Below, piece by piece: positions 58,576 to 64,000 of a stretch of DNA of 64,000 nucleotides (the first letter of the stretch is position 1; the number at the start of each line of letters is the position of its first letter). The stretch covers positions 672,001 through 736,000 of the forward strand of contig CAWIPH010000002.1 in the NCBI GenBank assembly GCA_963837955.1, given 5' to 3'. A program made the translations under genes and the position numbers. The notes under the pieces are model-generated. The model worked only from the letters and a program-made list of their open reading frames with translations. It was not told where the DNA came from and did no database searches. The DNA comes from an uncultured Verrucomicrobiae bacterium (GTDB lineage Bacteria; Verrucomicrobiota; Verrucomicrobiia; Chthoniobacterales; JAFAMB01).

Positions 58576-59064
58576 ATGAATCGGGTTTTCGTTACGGTGG
58601 GCCTATTGGTACTCTTCCTTGGAGGGTCGGCTCTCTCCTCTGATCTGCTGGACTTAAGCCCAAACCCGACCCTTACCCCGCAGCAGGTCGTCGAATTTCA
58701 ATTGGATGCTTTAAGACACAATGACGAGCCAGCCACCGATGCCGGAATCGAACGCTCTTTTCGTTTCGCTTCGCCATCTAATCGTTTGGTGACAGGCCCG
58801 CTCACTCATTTTTCGGAAATTGTCCACAGCGCTGGTTACTCGGCTTTGCTAGGATCTCAGTCCAGCGAAGTACGAGGAGTGATGGCGCAGGGCAACGAAG
58901 CAAGGGTTTACGTTACCGTGGTCAGCGCCAATGGCTCGCAATGGAATTTTCTGTTTGTCCTTTCTCGACAGACTGAAGGAGATTATCGCGATTGTTGGAT
59001 GACAGACTCGGTGATGAGGTTGCAGTCCGACAACAAGTCAAACGGCGACCAAATCGCCATATAG
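58576..59064 (+). CDS. DUF4864-like secreted protein
   Basis: Signal peptide; P..VV..QL.AL..ND, FASP.N, GP...F, Y..L, CWMTDSV. Confidence 0.75.
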   Translation: MNRVFVTVGLLVLFLGGSALSSDLLDLSPNPTLTPQQVVEFQLDALRHNDEPATDAGIERSFRFASPSNRLVTGPLTHFSEIVHSAGYSALLGSQSSEVRGVMAQGNEARVYVTVVSANGSQWNFLFVLSRQTEGDYRDCWMTDSVMRLQSDNKSNGDQIAI

Positions 59065-59160
59065 CACGACTCGGTCCGTAGTTGAGTGTAGACGGATGCT
59101 CCAGCCTCGGTAACCCGTTGTGATGCGATCTCGCTGTTGATCCCAATGTCTAAGGGCGTG

Positions 59161-59354
59161 CCCGGGCGAAAAGCCTGGGGCGGCGTGCGTGAACCGGTTT
59201 GAGCTTGCCGTGTCCGGCCGTGCGTCCATGCCGATCGTATCGCGTGAGGGCCAGAATCAACCCAGATCGATCCAGGTGTCCGGGCGTCGTCCTGCCATCC
59301 CGTTTTCGAATTGAAGCTTCCCGCTTTTGGAACAGCCAACGAACCAGACGGGGA
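59161..59354 (+). ncRNA. candidate structured non-coding RNA (unassigned)
   Basis: Three predicted stems whose non-canonical pairs are G-U on the + strand; lies in a 470-bp gap with no credible ORF. Confidence 0.3.
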
Positions 59355-59534
59355 TACTTGTTAGCGGGATCGCTTGATTTGAAAAATTCTTTCTCTCTCT
59401 GAGAAGCGACTCGATTTCTTCGGAGAGCGCAGACTTAGCCGGGTTTGGCATGCGCGATGCCTAGTAAAAAGCTGCAAGAGAAAACAATCAAGACGACTCA
59501 GCGTTAAGGAAACAACCAACGAAAATAAAACAAA

Positions 59535-59807
59535 ATGGAAAATACAATCATACTTATACCGTCTCCGACCCAGATCGTGTTGCATTTTAGGCGTGAACCG
59601 GAAGTGGTTTTACGACCGGCAAAACGACGTGTTCTCGTCCGAGAAGTAACCAGTCTCCGAAAGGTCGAACGCTCGACCCAGTTAGTTGGGATTAACCGAC
59701 AGACCGAGCGGATCTACGGTATGGCTAATCTGGTAGCCGTCTTTGTGATGGCGACTGCTTTGATGGCGGCTTTCGGAATCTGTTTAACTTCGTTTGTCGC
59801 CCAATGA
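59535..59807 (+). CDS. small hypothetical protein with C-terminal TM
   Basis: A-rich leader, ATG, C-terminal hydrophobic helix; followed by a hairpin. Confidence 0.5.
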   Translation: MENTIILIPSPTQIVLHFRREPEVVLRPAKRRVLVREVTSLRKVERSTQLVGINRQTERIYGMANLVAVFVMATALMAAFGICLTSFVAQ

Positions 59808-59894
59808 AGATCACGGTGCAAAACAGATCGAGCGACGACGCTCGAAGTCGCTTGATCAATGCCGGACCGGCGCGCAATTCCTTCGCCATTTTCT

Positions 59895-59927
59895 CCGAGG
59901 CAGCCTAGCCAGGGCCGACTGCCTCGG
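59895..59927. terminator. hairpin, possible terminator
   Basis: CCGAGGCAG...CTGCCTCGG flanked by TTTT / AAAA. Confidence 0.4.
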
Positions 59928-60323
59928 GAAAATTGACGAATCCACGACGCCAGATGAGCATCAACTGTCGCCTTTCTCAAGGCTTTGGCGTTCTCTGTTT
60001 CGCCCATTTCACCTCATCTGGAAGGGTTTCTTTTTTAGCGTTTGGACCAGTCGATTCGGTCACCGGATTTTCAATCACCCTATCGACGTTTGCATCGATT
60101 TCGCTAAACCGGCCCGTGACGTTTCCTTCCTGATTGAAGAATGCCTGATCTGCCCTTTTCTATTTCTTCTCGGTCCTCGCTCGACGAGGGTACAGAATCT
60201 TGCACAGACTAGGTTCGCGAGCGATGGGGGGGTCGGCTTTGGCAATTTCAACGCTGCAATTTTTGCAGCGGTAAATCTTAAATTTAATAGTTCTGAGCAT
60301 TCAATTGGAGTGACCTTTCGTGC

Positions 60324-61067
60324 TTGGCTTCGGGGCGGCGACCCAGTAGTTTATTTAAAGTGGCTCGTCGACCGCCAAAGGCTTCCCCTTCGAAGGATGT
60401 AACCTTAGACAAACTGCAGAGCGCTGCAGGCCGTGTGCTAGTCCGCAGCGGATTGCGAGGTGCAACTACGCGAAAAATTGCAGCGGAAGCTGGATTAAGC
60501 GAGATGACGTTGTTTCGGCGGTTTGGCACCAAAGAGAGGTTACTCGCTGCGGTTATGGACCAGCTGCTTTTGGAGGAGAGTCGAACTGCTCGTGCGCCGG
60601 TCGCGCGAAACCTGAGAGGTGATTTGCGTACGCAGTTACTTGAGTGCGCGAAGGCGCAGGTCACTTTTATCAATCGGAACTTGCCGTTAATTCGCATCTT
60701 CGTCGGCGAGCCGGAACATTTCGGGGAGGAGGAGCGAAATATCCTCCGTGAGGTTTTTGCGCCGATGCGCAAGGAGGTGCGTCAAATCCTTGCGCGCTCA
60801 TCACTAGCTGCGGCTGAAGTTGACCTCGTTGTCCATCTGTTGGCGGCAATCATTTTTGTCCATGTTCTTCGGGTCAGCCGTTCCGAGCGATCGCCTTATT
60901 CCGCCCACCAATATATTTCTACCGCTGTCGATATGGTAATGGCTTTCCTGAATCAAAGAAAAGCCATCAAACATCGGTTGCGAAGACCTGCTGCTTCGCA
61001 CCGGAAGAGCAAGGTTACTCGCAAAGCGCGTCGAAAGCAGACTATGCATGCGCGATCGGCCAGGTGA
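60324..61067 (+). CDS. TetR/AcrR family transcriptional regulator
   Basis: AA..V....G..GATTRKIAAEAGLSEMTLFRRFGTKERL HTH; basic C-terminal tail; start may be GTG at 60360. Confidence 0.9.
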   Translation: MASGRRPSSLFKVARRPPKASPSKDVTLDKLQSAAGRVLVRSGLRGATTRKIAAEAGLSEMTLFRRFGTKERLLAAVMDQLLLEESRTARAPVARNLRGDLRTQLLECAKAQVTFINRNLPLIRIFVGEPEHFGEEERNILREVFAPMRKEVRQILARSSLAAAEVDLVVHLLAAIIFVHVLRVSRSERSPYSAHQYISTAVDMVMAFLNQRKAIKHRLRRPAASHRKSKVTRKARRKQTMHARSAR

Positions 61068-61081
61068 GGGACATCCATCAT

Positions 61082-62401
61082 CTACCGTTCATCGGGTATC
61101 GGCTCCATAGATCGTCCCTCTCCCACGACCTCGCCGGCTACCCATATTTTCGTCGTTTCCAACCGTGATCCTCGGTAGATCAGCTGAGAAATCAATTCTT
61201 CAGGATTGCTTGGTAATTCCGACCCGTGCGGAAGTAGGTTCTCGGTATTCCAGAGGGCGCAATCAGCCTCGAAGCCTTTCCGGAGTTGGCCGATTTCCTT
61301 TTGTTTTCCCAGAACCGCGGCACCGCCGATAGTTGCGAGGTAAAATAGTTCCGACGGGGAGGAAATTTCGGCGTTTTTGACGTAGCAATAGCGAAGGTTC
61401 TGGCCATAGCTTGCCGCTTTCATTACTTCCCAGGGATTAAGCTCTGGTCCTGCGGCAACATCACTAGCTAAACCCACCGTGATCTGATATTTGCGCATTC
61501 GATCGTATGCCATCACGCCGCTTCGCAGAAAGAGATTGGAGCTTGGGCAGTGGGCGACCTTGGTCTCCGTTCTTGCCAGCAGGCGATATTCGCGACTCGA
61601 CAGATAAATCGCGTGTCCCATGATGGTGCGCGGACCGAGTAGTCCAACGCTTTCGTAGACGTGAGTGTAATCTTTCGAGGAAGGGAACAGGCTCTTTACG
61701 GCAACGAGTTCCTCACGATTCTCCGCAAGGTGAGTTTGGATGAAGGCGTCTGCCGCTCCGGCGAGCGTGGCAGTCTCACGTAGCAGTCTTTCGGAACAGG
61801 TTAACGCGAACCGGGGGCTGAAAGCATAGGCTAACCGCCCGCTATTAGTCTGATGCCATTTTTGGCAGAGTTTCGCGCTCTCATTCAATACACGTTGCGT
61901 TAGATTCTTGTGGGGTTTCGGCGCGTACGAATTCAGGTCCATCATCATTTGACCCATCGCGATTCTTAGTCTGCTTGCTTGGGCGGCCTGAAAGCAGATA
62001 TCGGTGCTTTTCGCATCAACGGTGGTGTAAACGGCTGCTGAGGTGATGCCGTGGCGCTTCAGCTCAGAGAAAAAAAGCGGGGCTTCGGCTTCCGCCTTTT
62101 TCGGATTAAAGGCCCGTTCACACGGAAAAATAAACTTCTTGAGCCAAGGCAGTAATTCGTGGCCGCCGCGAGCGACGACAGGGTACTGTGGCAGGTGGCA
62201 ATGAACGTCGATAAACCCCGGGGTAACTAATTTGCCTTGATAATGTTCCCATCGAATTTCCTCGTCCGAGGGCCGATCCTTCCAATTTCCGACAAAGACT
62301 ATCCGTCCTGACTCGTTCCAGGTCATGGCGCCGTCGGGGTAAGCCTTCAAGCGGCCCGAATCAGAGGAGGAGAGCAAGAAGGCGCGCAGACCAGTTAGCA
62401 T
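61082..62401 (-). CDS. guaD: guanine deaminase
   Basis: PGFIDVHCHLPQ, LLPWL...FP.E, SPRFALTC, QTHLAEN, HCPSSNLFL.SG, SDVAAG. Confidence 0.92.
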   Translation of the reverse strand: MLTGLRAFLLSSSDSGRLKAYPDGAMTWNESGRIVFVGNWKDRPSDEEIRWEHYQGKLVTPGFIDVHCHLPQYPVVARGGHELLPWLKKFIFPCERAFNPKKAEAEAPLFFSELKRHGITSAAVYTTVDAKSTDICFQAAQASRLRIAMGQMMMDLNSYAPKPHKNLTQRVLNESAKLCQKWHQTNSGRLAYAFSPRFALTCSERLLRETATLAGAADAFIQTHLAENREELVAVKSLFPSSKDYTHVYESVGLLGPRTIMGHAIYLSSREYRLLARTETKVAHCPSSNLFLRSGVMAYDRMRKYQITVGLASDVAAGPELNPWEVMKAASYGQNLRYCYVKNAEISSPSELFYLATIGGAAVLGKQKEIGQLRKGFEADCALWNTENLLPHGSELPSNPEELISQLIYRGSRLETTKIWVAGEVVGEGRSMEPIPDER

Positions 62402-62409
62402 GGAAATGA

Positions 62410-62459
62410 CCAATAGCGGATAGCCAATAGCGAATTTGCGCTATCGGCGATCGGCTATT
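62410..62459. repeat. inverted heptamer-repeat arms between the TonB-dependent receptor and guaD
   Basis: CCAATAG CGGATAG CCAATAG CG-loop-CG CTATCGG CGATCGG CTATT. Confidence 0.7.
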
Positions 62460-62520
62460 TCGTTCGAGAACGAGGGCCACGACTACCAAGAGAACGTGCG
62501 CCCTCCTAATCAGATAGGAT

Positions 62521-64000
62521 CTAAAACTTGAACGTGACGGTCCCTTCAAGGTGGAATGGCCATTCGGCGACAACAGAATCATAGCCGTACGTCTTATTTG
62601 GCGGTCCCCAGAGCTTCTGATTCGTCAGATTTAACAGCGCCACCTTCGCTTCGAAGTTATCGCACTTCGTTTTGTAGAAGAAGGTCAGATCCTCTTCGTG
62701 TTGAGCCGGGATCCGCACGTAGCCATTGTAACCGAGAAACATGGTGCTGGTGACCGTCTCCCCGAAGATCACACCAAAGGTCCCGTAATCGGTTGGAATC
62801 TGGTATTTGGCTAACAGATTGACCGCATGGGCCGGCACACCGGGATCGCGGTAGATGCCATGGCCGAGGGTTGTGCCATTATCTGTTATTACAGTCCCGT
62901 TCGGACCTTTCTGCTGTGGAAAGTTGATCGGGAAAGGCTGAGCTACAAAACCAGGTGACCCGTGGAGGAACGAACTAATATAGCTGTATCCGGCGCTCAC
63001 ATAAAAATTACGACTTGGCTGATAATCGGCCTCAATTTCAAAGCCTTTCGCCGTATCTTTGATGAATCCTGCACCAATCGTTGGCTCGTTCCGATTCTGG
63101 TAGTAAAGAGCTGCATTAATAAACAGGGTATCCTGAAGGAGCGACGCTTTAGCTCCGAGTTCATACAGGTCGCTATGAATGTGTAACTCACTGGTAACTG
63201 GAATAGTCGCGTTTCCATTGCCATCTCCGGCCGGAAATCCGCCGCCGTTCCCAGCGGCATACGCCTGGCTGTAGTTGTAAGTAAAATAGGTGGTCAACCA
63301 TTTCCATGGCTTGAATACTGGGCTGACATTAAAGTTCGGATCAACGACCGTCGCGCGAGCACCGACCGGACCCGCCGGGTTGACGAAACCTGCCCGGGCG
63401 GCTTCGACGTAGAGCGGGTCGTTCACCTTGACAAAGATGATGTCTGCTCGCGCTCCCGCCAGCACCGAGAAATGTTCGCCAAATTCGAACACATGCTCGT
63501 AGAATGGCGCGATAGTGAATATCTTGGAGTAGTTGGTGTCGCTGTTAAAGACGCCGGGAGTCGCCGTCCATCCGGGGTGTCCAGGAACCGGCTGCGCCGT
63601 GAACGCACTAAAATTAACGTAATGAATAAGATTACGAGAAGCTGCCAAGTTCCAAGCGTTGAGCGGCTCATCGAAGTAATCGTCAAACGCGGTTACTTCC
63701 TGGTACTTGATGTCTATGCCCAGGTTGATCTTGTTACCGAGAACAAAAGGTTTCGCCGTTTCCGTGAGCGGAACCTTCCCGTCTTTACCATCCGGCTGAT
63801 AGCCCTTGGCAACGGTTCCTCCTGATCCGAAGGGTATATCCCAGTTAATGTGTAGCTCAGTTCGGTTCTCAGCCGAAAAGGAAAGGGGGATAATTTCGGA
63901 ATAAAAAGCGCTATCCTTAGTGTGTCGATCGATCCATTGAACAAAGGTGTTATTTACGATCTGTATGTTGTCATTGATCGTAAATGTCTGGATAGCCTGG
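62521..64000 (-). CDS. TonB-dependent receptor, C-terminal part (5' end beyond the window)
   Basis: Hand translation shows the frame open from 63999 (QAIQTFTINDNIQIVNNTF...) into the track ORF 62521..63648; YELGAK, KGFEIE, NLTNQK, terminal VTFKF beta-signal. Confidence 0.9.
   Translation of the reverse strand, partial: QAIQTFTINDNIQIVNNTFVQWIDRHTKDSAFYSEIIPLSFSAENRTELHINWDIPFGSGGTVAKGYQPDGKDGKVPLTETAKPFVLGNKINLGIDIKYQEVTAFDDYFDEPLNAWNLAASRNLIHYVNFSAFTAQPVPGHPGWTATPGVFNSDTNYSKIFTIAPFYEHVFEFGEHFSVLAGARADIIFVKVNDPLYVEAARAGFVNPAGPVGARATVVDPNFNVSPVFKPWKWLTTYFTYNYSQAYAAGNGGGFPAGDGNGNATIPVTSELHIHSDLYELGAKASLLQDTLFINAALYYQNRNEPTIGAGFIKDTAKGFEIEADYQPSRNFYVSAGYSYISSFLHGSPGFVAQPFPINFPQQKGPNGTVITDNGTTLGHGIYRDPGVPAHAVNLLAKYQIPTDYGTFGVIFGETVTSTMFLGYNGYVRIPAQHEEDLTFFYKTKCDNFEAKVALLNLTNQKLWGPPNKTYGYDSVVAEWPFHLEGTVTFKF

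Noticed and set aside
59794..60402. 202-aa + strand ORF, and an antisense frame (60300 to 59977) of 46 codons with CxxC, a TAG, then 60 more open codons
   Set aside because: Neither has recognisable homology; amber readthrough or a pseudogene cannot be supported without homologs

Overview
A 64 kb bacterial chromosomal segment. Protein style, the stand-alone rpsN and the intergenic repeat families suggest a soil Verrucomicrobiota (Chthoniobacterales-like) genome, but this is inference only. The left third (1-22.9 kb) looks accessory: an RND efflux operon with two tandem adaptors, an aldo/keto reductase, a formate-metabolism block (non-canonical FdhF/YjgC plus a DUF1641 partner, converging on AraC, OFA-family MFS and YdeP/Fdh4-type molybdoenzyme genes) and an ArsB/NhaD-family transporter, ending at tRNA-Lys(TTT). 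The remainder is mostly housekeeping: an alkaline-phosphatase-family enzyme, folE2/thyA/folA, an RlmI-like methyltransferase, a phospho-sugar mutase, a four-gene envelope operon (DUF4105/Lnb-like, degenerate Lnt, DUF2334, PHP-GT4 fusion), rpsN, a CorC/HlyC-like protein, ftsY-nusB-ribH-ribBA, fcl, a cmk-like kinase, a beta-oxidation cluster with an acyl-CoA oxidase and FadL, pstSCA, TetR, guaD and a partial TonB-dependent receptor. I saw no integrase, transposase, CRISPR array, rRNA or recognisable riboswitch. Top observations: (1) a catalytically degenerate Lnt abutting an intact Lnb-type gene in one operon with a PHP-glycosyltransferase fusion; (2) a duplicated promoter plus N-terminal coding segment shared by the OFA transporter and YdeP genes, with a near-identical 37-bp AraC-type site; (3) a 235-bp tandem duplication of a hairpin element; (4) Pho-box-like repeats; (5) a candidate structured ncRNA near 59.2 kb. 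All assignments come from reading motifs by eye; no searches were run.
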